A DNA stretch of 64,000 nucleotides, taken from the IMG/VR virus record IMGVR_UViG_2061766007_001346, positions 64,001-128,000 of that record, one strand, 5' to 3'. Position 1 is the first letter of the stretch. Every line of letters begins with the position of its first letter. Shown piece after piece: positions 1 to 12,637 of this stretch. The position numbers were made by a program, and so were the translations under genes. The notes under the pieces were generated by a model. The model was not told the DNA's origin. It searched no databases and was given only the letters and a program-made list of their open reading frames with translations. Origin of the DNA: a virus (Duplodnaviria; Caudoviricetes).

Positions 1-2249
1 GCAGCATCAGCCAAGTTAGACGACAGCGAGATTGTATTATTGGAAATATTAATCCACTGTTTGTCATTAAATCCACCGTTATTTCATAGTGCACAACTAA
101 ATTTTTCTGTAGAAGAATCGTAAACAATAAGGTTGGAACGCATCTTCTCTTCGATGATATCGTAATTAAGCTCGTTGTTATTCTCGCCAGTAAGATTATA
201 TCTTGCGAGGTTATTAATCCATCTGCAGGTAATCTGATAAGGGTTCAGACAAGTATTCCATAACGCTATGGACTGTAGATTAAAGTTTGTGTAATTCTCT
301 TGATTTTCATCACAACCAAGGAAAATCTGATTAAAATTCCTGAAAGCATATATATAAGAGTCCTGAGTTTCTACTGTCTGAAGCAGTACGCCGTTCTGAT
401 AGACTTTGACGAACACAGAAGTTCCATTATTTGTAGTCTTAATGACCTCGCCAAATACAATATCGATTTGCTGGAATATAGAATCTTGTAATTTACCAGT
501 GATTCGAGATGAAGAGCCACCCAACTGTATATAGTAATCATGATTATTGATAAGAATACCAGTACCAGTTGCTACACCGCCATTTTCATAACTCTCAGGA
601 ACATAGTTACCTAATTTAAGTATTGTACGATTATCATCCGGTGTAAAGTCATTATAGTACGAAATGGACAGCGTAAACTGTGGTCTTTGTGCCGAAATCA
701 AACCATTAGATGTTGATTCGGGGAACCATTTCTGCGATACACCATTTAACACGGAAGGTTGAATGATACCGTGAGCCTTATTGGAAAATCTACAGTGCGA
801 AGACGTAATGACAGATTTACCACCCATGTTGAACATTTCCAGTTCGGTAGTTACTGTACGAACGGCATTGTTATATAGGAACGAATCGTTCGTAGATACC
901 CAAGAGTTTATTGTAGCGTTAGAGCCAAACACATAGAAATCGAAGATATTGTTATAATCTGCATCGACAGGAAGTGTTTCTCCGGCACCGGAGGACACAA
1001 AGATATAAGTATCAAGAGAGCCTGTTTTAGAAGGATTATTGACGTCTGTTACAGAAGTTGTAATTCTATAATACGCATTTCTTCTAAATCAAGAAACACT
1101 CGGAAACTCATTATACTGAACAACCGTTGTTCGTCCATATTCACCACGTCCGTCCGTAATTATCGTATAAGGTTCTCCGACATTAATTCATTCCTCTCCA
1201 CTAAGTTCGATTTCCTGAGCACCGATGTTATATCTATAGAAAGCACTACCTCCTGCGAGATATGCGATAAAGTTAGCATATAACACACTACTCCTCGAGA
1301 CTACGGCTGGATTGGATATGTCTGTAGAAAGGCTAACCTTAGCAACCGCGATATTATCAGGACTCACAATTAATATTGTAGAGTTTACCTGTTCAGAGTG
1401 TAGCACACTATCCGAAGCATTAACAAGTATGAAATACAGATCGAACGTCTGTCCTGTGGCAATAGTTTGTACGTTATGTAATAGTTCTGTATAAGGAATC
1501 GTATAATCCAACATACTTGTTGTCGGAATATTTAATTCCACAACACCTTCCGCTAAGGATAAATTCTTATACAGGTCTTTATCACGGCTATAATATAAAT
1601 TATATATGCCAATTTCGCTAGCACTATAAGATACATTCAATCCAGAAGTTTCAAAGTCCGTTCGATTAACATTGATGGAGTTTGGAACAAGAATCTTTAC
1701 AGATAATTCTGCGATTGTGCAGTCTGCATAGATTTCGTTTCCAAATGCATCGGTGGCAATTATTCTGAGCCGGTGAATCGCATTTGAAGAATAGGCGTTA
1801 ATGTTACGAATCTGAACACTTCTTACATTAGTCGCAGAAGGCTGTAGACCAGTACCAGACCAAATCTGCGTACCGTCAAGCAAGACGGTAACGGTAAATC
1901 TGGTAGATGTTTTCGATGATAGTAACCTGTAATCTACTGATTTGGAATTCTCTGTCCATAATATAGATGTTACAACATCACCGTTGTTTATAAATTCGAT
2001 TGAATTTTCTACTTCGGAACTTCCACCGCCGCCACCGGAGCCACCACCTCCGTGCAATGCTAGTCATGCAACATTTTTCTTAAGCAGTTCGATATCTTCT
2101 TTGTTACGAACAAGTGCTTGATCCACAGTTACATATTGTTCCGAATTCTCTAAAAGTAAAGGATTTATAGAATAAATTCCAGAGGCTGAACTAGCAGCCC
2201 AAGGGACTCATTGCCCAGTCTCTGGATTTTTCTTTTTAATTATGGCCAT
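1..2249 (-). CDS. Large virion/tail-associated protein, 3' end outside window (TGA=Trp)
   Basis: ATG at 2249; track ORFs 1188..2057 and 84..998 share a frame and are separated only by TGA; Gly-rich linker, Ig-like and lectin/LamG-like beta-rich segments. Confidence 0.75.
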
Positions 2250-2253
2250 ATAA

Positions 2254-5200
2254 TTAATCTAATGGAATTTCACAACTTGCCCAATGATAACGATATACAT
2301 TACTCATCTTTGCATCATGACCATTTGGCATATCTCTACTAATATTTCAGAAGTCTGCTTTGGAACTCGGCGTATAAAGTCCGCCAACGCGTTCCATATT
2401 TACATAGATGCGAGTAGGCGTTATTCTAAAGCGAGTATAGAATGGATACCACTGTGCAGAACCACCCAGCGGAACAAGATTACGTAGTCACTGGCAGTAA
2501 TCTGTATCTGCAGAAGTATCGGAGTTAGACAGATTCTTAAATCCTGTTGCCTGACACATTACATACGTAGGAGCTGTAACAGCATCAACAATTTCCGCAC
2601 GAACCAGAGGTCGTCCATTAGCGGAAGTGTTTGTTGATTGTGCGTCAAACGTTGTACTTCCGATAGTAACGGCTGTATTTGTCGAATTGAAGATATTACC
2701 GCGCTTATCGCTAAAGTTAGTAAGCAGATAAGAAAGTTTATCGTTTAGTCCGTGAGTAGTTTCGTTGGACGTTCTAAGCACCTGGATAATAGGATTAAAC
2801 GTATCCTTGTTTGACAGATCTCCCATTAAATCCTGAGGAGTATCAGAATAAGGAACATATGCCGTAGGAGCGTCGTAAATTGGATAGGAAATTGAGCACG
2901 TGTGCTTATGTCCACCGAAAACAAGACGGATATTCCAAATCTTAAATAGTCTCTGGAATTCGAAATTATGTCTTAGGTTGAGGTTGGCCTTTGCTTTTTC
3001 ACGCCAGATAGTACCTTCCTTAGTAGGATCGACATATTCTTCATATGTAGCTTCAGCAGTAATAGTGAATGGCATTTCATGGCAGTATACGATTGCTTTC
3101 TGGCAATTCTGAGGAGTATATCTGTCATATTCTGCGGGAACAGAACCTTGTTTCCAGATAAGAAGATCTCTAACCATCCAATCCTCAATTTGATCATAAA
3201 TAACGGAACGTCTTGCGCCGTTGGCCTGATCTTCTACACCAAATTCACCACGTAGCGTAGTAATCTTCGAAGGGTCGTCCGGCATAGTTCTAATCTCAGA
3301 GTTGAGGCTTATGAAGTGATAAGGGCCGTAGTTGAATGAATACAGCGAAGGAACCTTATACGTCTTTGTAGCACCACTGACAACAGATGTGCCTTCGAAA
3401 ATAGGAGGATTATTGTAATCCATTTCCTGAGTATAGAACAGATCTGCAACAACATGATTTACTTTATAAGGAGTTTCGGAACCATTTCCTAGTAACGTCA
3501 TTCCAAGTAATTCAGGATTAGATACGTCATTAGGATTTTCCGGAACTGGAGCAAGGTCATTATTGCCAAGCGTCAGCATTTCCTCTTTATCATCAAGATA
3601 AGAATATCCTCTATAGTAGTCAATCCATTCATTCGGACGGGAACCGTTATAGGTGATGTCGCCAGTATTGATAGTAAAGTCAAAATCGTGTTCGTTTGCA
3701 GAAGGGGTGGGATCGCCTTGTGCGACCACAGGTGTCTGTCCAACACGCTCGTTTCTATTGATATAATCTGCCGACAGATCCCATACTTGATATTCTTCCC
3801 AGTTTGCACCTTGTTGATCAGTCGTCTGAATGAAGTCAAACGATTGCACATCATTATCAGCACGAACAACAAACGTTCTGGTCTTACTCACATAATCGCT
3901 AACTTCTCCAGAAGCGTTCTTTCTGCCAACCTTGAAACTATATGTACCAGCAGTCAAACCAGCAATCATCACTTTGTGAGTTGTTATAGCAGCACCATAA
4001 TAAGTCTCCCATCTAATACGAGTGTAATATTCGGATAGGCCGAGTTTGATACATTCAGGATCAGTAGGGCGATTCAGGCCGGTTGCAGCAGTATAATCGA
4101 CACCTTCCTTATAAGATTCGACGCATGACCAATCGGCGTCTGTAGATTTCTTATACCACAGGAATTCGTCATAGTATCCAACCGAGTTCCAGTTAAAGCA
4201 TCGTGTAGCACCATTGCCACCCGAACCAGTATTATCAGTAGCCTGGATACCAAAGGAACAAGTTAGTGTATTCGGGCGATCCTCTAAGAAGTTATGCTTA
4301 TCGAAAGAAGCGTTCTTATTTTCAAAACTAGCCTTTGGAGTAAAGTCGACGATATTGTCGAATACCTCCTTAGACATATCGATATCTTTCCAAAATTTCT
4401 TGTTGTTTCGTTTATCAATTGATTTAGCGTTAGATTGAGATACCGGATCAAGAGTATAGTTTCTCTTGAATAGGGTATACGGAGTAATGCCGCTGGTAGG
4501 AACATACTTATTCTTTTCAGCTATGCTCGCTCCATTACCAACGCCTGCTAAATCAACGTAACCGCGAGCAACAGAAGGCGCGTTTTCATCAGTATTAATT
4601 AAGTCCAGTGCAGATTCCGGATAATCCTTCATAGGATTGGATGTTCCACCGGACGTATCTCTTACATAAATTTTGCCAGATTCAATATCATATCAGCACA
4701 GATAGAATGTGGCACATTGATTATTTCTATCAAATTTGATTAATTCTCCGTCAGCACGCCATTCCATATCGAATGTCTTAACCTTTATTAGAGTCGTATT
4801 AACATCCATTACGGAACATTGGGCACCACGAATTAGGAATGTAGATTGAGCTTTGCAAACACCCCATAACGGAAGTTTAAACCACCTACTGTTATCATAG
4901 GTATACATTAACTGTAAACCGTTTAGATTAATATCGTCGTAAGATATATTTGCGATTTCCACATAGTTATGAGAACACGGCTGATATGAGTGTTCGTCTG
5001 TATCCAGCCCACCTAAATAGAACGAGTTGATAATCAGGCTTCCCATTCCACTATTATTGAAGTAAATGGTGTTACTTGTTGGCTCGGCCTGTACAACATC
5101 GTTATTTGAATCGTAAACGATTAGATTTCCGTATTCATTAACACGAACAGTATATGTGGAATTTTCGTCGTTTAGTGGTACAAAACTAATCGAAGAAAGA

Positions 5201-5820
5201 TTGTTTAAATAATTTTGAAGTTCTGCAGTATCCATTTCGTCATCAGTTGGTGTGGGAGAATTCGAAGATGCCACTATGTAGAAATTACCATTATTATAAA
5301 TGTACATACATAAACGATCTGTACACCATACTAATTCTCCGTTAATAAAAAATCTTTTACTACTTTGTATCTCTTGATATGTGCCCATTTTAATAGACAC
5401 ATGATTAACCGTAGGCTCACTTTCCGAAGCGTATTCTGGAAATTCAACATCTCCGGATTCTTCATAATCATCTTCAATAATAGATGGAATTACCGCTTCG
5501 GTACTGTTGCCTAGTTCTGTCAGAGTACCGTCTGTAAGGTTACCGGAAACAACACCGTTGGTTCTTAGTAACATCAGTTTCGATACTTTCTGCTGTAATG
5601 TATATACAGCTGTCTGAATAGATCTAATAATTGTAGATTGGTCAACAGGCAAATCTCCTACATTATCCGAAGTATCAATCCACATGGACGCGTGTTCTGG
5701 AGCGGTGTCTCCAACATGCACCTCTTCCACTTTTATATCCGGAGGATTTAATATATTTTCATACTTGGTTATAGGAAATATCGCTTCACCTTTCTTTTTA
5801 AGAATTACATTTTTTGACAT
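2254..5820 (-). CDS. ~1188-aa protein with lamin-tail-like region plus purple acid phosphatase/calcineurin-like metallophosphoesterase domain (TGA=Trp)
   Basis: 4693..5820 and 2488..4632 join in frame across TGA to TAA at 2254; motifs TTDQQ, NTGDIT, LGNND, CHEMP, GGHKH. Confidence 0.8.
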
Positions 5821-5926
5821 GCTTGTATCTATTATATTAAAAAACTTTATTGATTACTTTCCCTAAAACCAAATCTACAGCTATCGGGAATCTTACTCTC
5901 TTATGGACATAATAATACATTTGCCG

Positions 5927-5957
5927 CAAATATACAAAAAAATTATTAAATATCAAA
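5927..5957 (-). promoter_or_regulatory. Bacteroidota-type promoter (TTTG-N19-TATATTTG)
   Basis: Matches the -33 TTTG / -7 TAnnTTTG consensus upstream of the gene starting at 5820. Confidence 0.7.
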
Positions 5958-5961
5958 AAGA

Positions 5962-5989
5962 AAAGGCGAGAATTTTCATTCCCGCCTTA
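5962..5989 (-). terminator. Intrinsic terminator
   Basis: aaggcgagaa...ttcccgcctt hairpin followed by a T-run on the minus strand, downstream of 5994. Confidence 0.5.
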
Positions 5990-5993
5990 ACAA

Positions 5994-6413
5994 TTATAGT
6001 ATTTCTTCTCTACAGTGCTCACATAAAAATCTTTTTGCCATAGGAAACATATTAAATCCAATATCTCCTGCTAAATAAGCTAAATCTTCGCTAAACGGAT
6101 CAATCTTATCTACTCGTGCAATATGCATTGCCAAATGTAGTTTTTCATGATCATAACTATGTGCAAATTCTGCAGGACAGCTCGTTTCACCTATAACGAT
6201 TATAGATTCACGATTTTCACTATTGGAAAATGTAATACCTCTGTTATCTTTATCGGAATCTAATACTTCAATTGCAGATTCGATATCTTGTTCATCGCAT
6301 CCAATCTCAACTAATTCATCAATAATAAAATCAATGGGAATAAGATCGACGACATAAAATGCCCTAACACGTCAGTTTCATTTTTCCAACGTAAAATCCT
6401 GTCCAAGTAGCAT
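5994..6413 (-). CDS. 139-aa HExxH (zincin-like) protein (TGA=Trp); absent from ORF track
   Basis: MLLGQDFTLEK*N*RVRAFY...GITFSN...YDHEKLHLAMH...EDLAYLAG; open only with TGA read-through. Confidence 0.7.
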
Positions 6414-6823
6414 TATATCAAATCCTCTCAATTAATTGGAGTACCTGTTCCTATACAATCTCCATAAAATCTTGTGAACGGAAGTTCTGGATATCCATCT
6501 GGATCATCCACGTAATCTTTAACAAATAATGCAAGATGTTGCTCATCAGGAACAGAAGAACCTAAATAATCAGCTTTACACATATTTGCTGCAAATACGT
6601 AATCATATCCAAATTTGTTTTCCAGAGTAATTCCGTATCTTTTTAGAAGCTCATCGACATTTTCTTTTGAAAGTGTTTGAACTTTAACCTTTCTTCCGTT
6701 TGGTTCTTTTTTATACATCATAGAACTTACTCATTCAAACATCTTTTTAGAAAAATGTCAACCGTTTTGAGCTAAGTATTCCTCCATTCCTGAAGGAAAA
6801 CTATCTCTTGCATCTAATCTCAT
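6413..6823 (-). CDS. Conserved Bacteroidota phage hypothetical protein, 136 aa (TGA=Trp)
   Basis: MRLDARDSFPSGMEEYLAQNG*HFSKKMFE*V continues into track ORF 6428..6721; 3 TGA. Confidence 0.75.
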
Positions 6824-7005
6824 TATCTACGCATTCTATATGAACGAGAAGACATTTTATAAGACTTCTCTCCTTCTTCCATCTCTTTCATTGCATCTTC
6901 CCAGCCATCTTCGTAGCCACACTCGTATGCTTCCTCTACTGATTTTTCATCGTGACGCATGTTTTTATAACCACGGTCTTTTTCTCTAATTTCCCACATT
7001 CTCAT
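6823..7005 (-). CDS. Small charged hypothetical protein
   Basis: EEAYECGYEDG motif; tightly packed in cassette. Confidence 0.7.
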   Translation of the reverse strand: MRMWEIREKDRGYKNMRHDEKSVEEAYECGYEDGWEDAMKEMEEGEKSYKMSSRSYRMRR

Positions 7006-7507
7006 TAATTGGTCCTCCTTTAAGTTCTTTAATCAATAAGGCCATATTCCTACTCATTTCATCCATTTGAGCGCGTAGTTCACTTATTTCTTTTTGTTGT
7101 GCCTGTTTTTCAGCCATTTCTGGATTAAAATCAGATAACAATTTATCATAAGTTGTAATTAAACTTTTATGATATGGTGCACTATTAATTATATCAACAC
7201 TCTTCTGCTTTAAACTCAATATTTCAGAATTCATCGCTTCTCTACTATCTGAAATAACTAAATTTTCACCATTACTGTAAGAATCCGCTATATCCAATTG
7301 AGCTGGAATAGCATTCATATTTACAGTAATATCGTTGAGTTTAATAACTAAATCTACTACCAATTCTTGAGGTTGTCCAAACGCATTAGGCATTTGATAT
7401 TTAGGTTTCGGGATAGGTTGATTTACAACATATCCTGTTTCCAACCTAGGATTATCTCCTTTATGCAATACATAAATAGGACTATTTGGTCTTACTGATT
7501 GAAACAT
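6986..7507 (-). CDS. Conserved phage hypothetical protein with C-terminal coiled coil
   Basis: 173-aa intact ORF within the cassette. Confidence 0.75.
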   Translation of the reverse strand: MFQSVRPNSPIYVLHKGDNPRLETGYVVNQPIPKPKYQMPNAFGQPQELVVDLVIKLNDITVNMNAIPAQLDIADSYSNGENLVISDSREAMNSEILSLKQKSVDIINSAPYHKSLITTYDKLLSDFNPEMAEKQAQQKEISELRAQMDEMSRNMALLIKELKGGPINENVGN

Positions 7508-7514
7508 AATTAAA

Positions 7515-7853
7515 CTAAATTAATAATTGTAATATACCATTTTCTCTATCATAGAATACTAGATGTATTCCTTCTGTCATTTCAACTCCACTTACAGGTG
7601 TACCTCCAAATGTAGTAACGGCGATATTAGTGCCAGCTACACTAGGAACATTGAAATAAACAGGAAGTGCGTCTCCACTTGTTGCTGCTTGTTCATCAAT
7701 TCTTACAGCAATTAAACCAGAAAATCTAGAGTTAACTGCTGGAGAAGTATTGAAATTGAAAGTAACAGAACTAGTAGATTCTGTAATACTTCTAGATTCG
7801 ATACATGGAATTCCATTAATATTTACTCTGTTATATACGAAATTCGTTGCCAT
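7515..7853 (-). CDS. Hypothetical beta-rich protein
   Basis: 112-aa intact ORF. Confidence 0.7.
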   Translation of the reverse strand: MATNFVYNRVNINGIPCIESRSITESTSSVTFNFNTSPAVNSRFSGLIAVRIDEQAATSGDALPVYFNVPSVAGTNIAVTTFGGTPVSGVEMTEGIHLVFYDRENGILQLLI

Positions 7854-7867
7854 AGTTAGGAGCCCTC

Positions 7868-8737
7868 CTATGCTCAGATGGAGCCAGTGCCTCCGTAATA
7901 TGGGAAATAATTAGAATTACCGTATAAATAGTAAGACGGAATAGCGGTTAATTGAGGATACTGTACTGTAGCGGTGCTAGGTTGTGCAGCTTTGATTTCA
8001 GAAACTTCTTTCTGAATTGGAGCGAGCATAGCGGCAACAGCAGCTGTTTGATTAGCATTATCAATCTGAGTCTTAAGAGCTGTATTATTAGCAGTAAGTA
8101 AATCAATTTTATCTTGTAATTCACGTTCTTTAAGAGCACAGAATTGGTCGTTCATAGCGATAGTTTGAGCGTTGATAGCGTTAATTATAGAACTAGCGTT
8201 TCTATCGGCTTGCGAACCTAACAGATTGGTTTGTTCAATGGTCTGAATTCTTGTTTCATAACCTTGCGTTGTAGTTAAAAGGCGATTTTCGCAGCAACAT
8301 TCTTGAAGTTTAGCAACAATAGAAGCATCGCCAGAAAGAATTGCGTTTTGTACCTGTAAACCAGAAAGTCCAACCTGAGAGCCAACATTAGCAAGAGCTA
8401 ATCTAGCATCAGAGATTCCCTGACTTATAGTTTCATAATTCATTCCTAAAGTGGTAGCTAACTGACGAACATCTGCATCGGTTCCATTAATTGCTTGAAG
8501 GACAACGTCACGATTGCTGTCAGAATTAACCATACCGTTAATGCCGTTTCCACCAAAGCCGCCGAAACCACCTCAACCACCAAAACCGCCAAAAGCGAGA
8601 CCGAGCAGGAATCCTACGATTCCGCCACCTCAGCCACCTAATCCGTTACCTCATCCGCCTCCATTATTGAGAGCGTAAGCAAGTGGGATATCGTTACGAG
8701 AAGCACCATCAAATACATAAGTTTTTTCGTCTGCCAT
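7868..8737 (-). CDS. Gly-rich, membrane-anchored coiled-coil protein with CCC motif (TGA=Trp)
   Basis: MADEKTYVFDG...GG*GGGIVGFLLGLAFGGFGG*GGFGG extends track ORF 7874..8533; ECCCENRL; ends GSI*A-TAG. Confidence 0.8.
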
Positions 8738-8837
8738 TTTAATAAAATTTAAAGTTATACATGAAATATTTGTTGATCAACAATACAAAAATACTATGTA
8801 AATAATATAAAATCGACACAATACTAATAAAAAAAAA

Positions 8838-8871
8838 TAAACCCTCGCAACCTATAGGGTCACAAGGGTTT
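8838..8871 (-). terminator. Intrinsic terminator
   Basis: aaaccct...agggttt hairpin with T-rich tail on the minus strand. Confidence 0.45.
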
Positions 8872-8898
8872 GTAAGTTTATAAATTAGCAACACATTG

Positions 8899-9798
8899 CT
8901 AATTCTCATATTTATCTGATTTTTCGGGGACTATCTCTTCAAATCAATCTTTTAGTTGTTGCGTCTGTGCATCAACAGCGGTGTCTAGGCCCGTATCATT
9001 AATGCAAACTATATGATATTCTCCGTTAAGTAAATCTTTTAAATTGATACACTTTTTAAAATCGTAGTATTTAGTCTTAATATCTCGAGATACTACATTA
9101 CCGGTGAAATACTCGTAATATGTACTTATCTGTTGAACTAGGTTACAACCTTTACGAAATGTGCTACAATATTGTTTAAAGTTTTTTTCATCTTTGTGCA
9201 ATATATCTCACGTGGATTTATGCATTGCTGTCCAGGAATGTCCATCGCGATAGAACTGGTTAGAATTATTTCTTGCTCTAATTCCTAAAATACGTTTTAC
9301 AAATAATTCAGAATACTTCAACATTGACCTATATGTATCAACTTTCTGTGTTTCTATTCTTATGTTCGCTCGTATTTTTCAATCTTCCGAAAAGAAGTCA
9401 GACGCATGCAATTCCGACAACGGATACATATCGTCATTTATATAAATAAAATTCTCAGATAAATTAGGAATTCTATAGACATAGCATTCTATCGTACCAC
9501 TATTATATGTGGGTAATAAATCTTCCGGAATTATATCTTTATGCTCAATTATTTTTAACTTACCAGATTCTTTTACATAATCAGGAACCTGATCTCTTGT
9601 TTGCACAACCAAATATAAGGTTCTTATGAAAGGGCAGTATTTATCTATACAACGTAAAAGATATTTCAAATCCAGCAGTTGCCTGTACCTATTATCCTCG
9701 GATAATTTCCTATGTAGTTTTAAATTTGTTTCGTTATAAAGTTGTTTCCATGCATCCTTACTCATATCAACATAAGGCAACACCAGATCTATATCCAT
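8899..9798 (-). CDS. Stealth-family (capsular hexose-1-phosphate phosphotransferase-like) protein, 299 aa (TGA=Trp)
   Basis: CR1 IDLVLPYVD; CR2 LKYLLRCIDKYCPF...HKDIIP...LPTYNS..IE...IPNLSENFIYINDD; CR4 CINDT...PEKSDKYE. Confidence 0.85.
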
Positions 9799-10163
9799 TA
9801 TTCCTTATGAGTAATTTCTTTTCTCCAAGCTTTTATGAACCATTTCTTTCCATAAATCGGATAGTATTTATATCGAGCCAGTTTCATTAGCTCTACCGGT
9901 GCGTAGAAAATAAGACTTACAAGTATGCCAACGGCAATTCCGCCGACAATCCATTTGGCTACTTCCTCGAATAGAGTTGCTTCAACAACCTTTCCAAAAA
10001 TTAGTCCTAGAATCCAAATGAAACCAGCAACAGATGCTGCAATAACAGCAAAGGCTTTATGACTTCATTTGTTATTTTCCTTAACCCACGCGAGTTCTTT
10101 TTCTTCTTGTTCCAACTCTTCCTGAGTTTTCACTACTTCTTGAATTTCTTGATTCTCTTCCAT
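9798..10163 (-). CDS. Two-TM membrane protein, 121 aa (TGA=Trp)
   Basis: Acidic N-terminus, hydrophobic helices AFAVIAASVAGFIWILGLIFG and WIVGGIAVGILVSLIFY; one TGA. Confidence 0.7.
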
Positions 10164-10195
10164 AATCATTAAAATTTTAAATTTTTAATCTATCA

Positions 10196-11656
10196 TTAAC
10201 CGGCAATAGACGCTTCTATGGATCTGACTCTATCGTCAAGTTCATTTAACGCCGCCGCAGTCACCTTTTCGTTTTCGATAATGACATCTTCGATATTTTT
10301 TGTTGTGTACTCTGTTATATAAACAGTTGGGAAACCACCGCTCTCCGATGTAATTTCTATGGGAGTTCCAATTTCAGTAGAAACAATTCCGTCTGTTCAA
10401 TTATCCATATCTATGCGTGTAGGAGTCATTGATGCATATTGAATTTTTGCAAGTTCTTCCAACTCAGATCTATCTGTAATAGAATCGTCACATATATATA
10501 GTACAAGCGTATCACCATTTATATCGAAGCCAGCCTTTTTATTTCCCAACTGTATTGTGCCATTTAAATTAACAACGTCGCCATATCTAGCAGAATAAAA
10601 CTTCTCTGTATATAGATCGGATATGGGAGTGTCGTTTAATACCGTATGATACGTATACATATGCATATCAGATTCGTAGCTATAGTCTCCGTTCAGAAGT
10701 AAATCGTGTGCATATTTTTCAATATATTTCGGATATGCAATATCACACATACTTCCCACACCGGATAAAAACGCTTCGGTTTCAAATGTGTGTTCGCCGA
10801 TAGTAACAATCGGATGCAGAACGATATTATTAATTTCTCCATTTTTAGTAATATCGTATCCTAGACTATGTATATATGTATATTTATTGCTTGTGTTTTC
10901 TAATTCAACTATTTCTTCGGGACGCAGCAGATCGTTTAATGAACAAATAAACCCATCGATCAACACATGATAATAATATTTTTTTGTTCCCGAATTCGTA
11001 TTAGATCCAACAGATACTGTATTTTTTAAAGTTGTTAGATTGGTATTCGCTTTAACAATAACATATTGCGATCTTGTTCCAGAAATTGAAGAAAGATACG
11101 TATTCCCGAAAGTAAAAACAGGACTTATATTCTCTACACTACCGGTAGATATATTTGTTCTAGTGGAATTATTTGTAATTTCCATATAATACCAATAATC
11201 ACTTTTTGTTACATACTGACGGGAGATTGTATTTGCTGACAATCTACTGGCAGCATAACTAGAACTATTTCCAGTGGTATCTATATCTATATTAACCTGC
11301 GTGAAAGAATAATGTCGTGGTTCCCTTCCAATAATTTTATCTACCGTAATAAATGTGGTCTCTGTTTCACTACGGCAAGCGCTTCTGGTATTTCCCGTAA
11401 GTAAAAAGTTCTGTGCGGTTAAATCCTTATATACAGTCTGTGGATTAAACGAGTTCTTTCCGTTGGAAGAACTTGTCTCATCACCGAGTTCCATTCATGC
11501 AATTAGTTGCTGTATCTTCTTTTTATTAATTATCGATCACTTGCCGTCTTTATATTCAAATCATCCAACAAATTCACCATCGTTATTTAATCGATATCAA
11601 ATATCAGATGTTGAAGTTGGCTCCGATGTATCTTTTCAGATATTTAATGTGTCCAT
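10196..11656 (-). CDS. Putative fibre/adhesin-like virion protein, 486 aa (TGA=Trp)
   Basis: N-terminal IW..P...IW module with 5 TGA; C-terminal IENEKVTAAALNELDDRV coiled coil. Confidence 0.7.
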
Positions 11657-11657
11657 A

Positions 11658-11951
11658 TTAATTGTTTTTGATATTAATTAAATCCTCTTTAAGTCAAAAG
11701 AGTTCTTTAAACCCTTGTTCCTTTTTTCCTTTAGGAATTTTTCCATCTCTAACTCAATTGTCGAAAGTGGCTCTGCTTTTATTTAAAAATTTGCAAGCTT
11801 GATACTTACTCAGTTTTTCTTTTGCGTTAGTTGTTTTGTTTATCATATCTAACACTTCATCACACTGTTCGTCCGGCATATTGGAGTTATTACAATCTAT
11901 ATTATTGATTATTGTCTGAAGCGCTGTTCGCACTAATTCTATTTTTGACAT
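11658..11951 (-). CDS. HTH DNA-binding protein (excisionase/AlpA-like) (TGA=Trp)
   Basis: LSKYQACKFLNKSRATFDN*VRDGKIPKGKKEQGFKELF*. Confidence 0.75.
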
Positions 11952-12360
11952 TACTCTTTTCTTTTAAATACATTCCTATTATAATAAACACGATCGTAAT
12001 CATTAGATATATTGCCAACATCGGTTTTCCGGTAATTGGCAGATTAAAATAATAATATATTGCGTTTAACAAATCTATCAGAACACAATATCACAATGGA
12101 AGTCTATGCCAACTGCAAAATCTCAATAACTTTGATATAGCAAAAATCACTATAAATGACATTATACTTAGACTGCATAGGCACGAAACAAAGGGAAATG
12201 TTATACCAAAACAAGATGCACCGGACATTATAAAATAACCAATTGCGATCACCATTGGTATATATTTGACAATGATTTTACAAAGTCTAAATTCTGTTCG
12301 CGATATTTCCTCCATTTCTATTTGCAACAGGTGTGTTTGTTCACGGAGTAAAACCCGCAT
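11902..12360 (-). CDS. Four-TM membrane protein (TGA=Trp); start possibly at MEEISR
   Basis: Track ORF extends through TGA at 12091 into two further hydrophobic helices to TAA at 11902. Confidence 0.65.
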
Positions 12361-12557
12361 AATAGGTGATACGAGGAATTCCGTATTTATTTCTGGGAAG
12401 TGCTTTTTGTCGAGAAGAAAGTCCCTCTATAGTATTTTTCTTATACATTGTACTAAGTTTTCTCAATTGTTCTATCAACGGAACAGAAGAACCCTTGTAC
12501 ATATATGCATTTCAATTTATCAAATCGTTCATATTAACAATAATTTATAATTTCCCG

Positions 12558-12589
12558 CAAATATAATAAATATTATTGAATTTTCCAAA
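12558..12589 (-). promoter_or_regulatory. Bacteroidota-type promoter
   Basis: TTTG-N20-TATATTTG on the minus strand. Confidence 0.65.
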
Positions 12590-12602
12590 ATTTATATAAA
12601 CA

Positions 12603-12630
12603 AAAATCCCGGATATTAATCCGGGATTTT
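12603..12630. terminator. Palindromic intrinsic terminator
   Basis: aaaatcccggat-atta-atccgggatttt perfect inverted repeat after the BACON gene. Confidence 0.75.
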
Positions 12631-12637
12631 ATTAATA

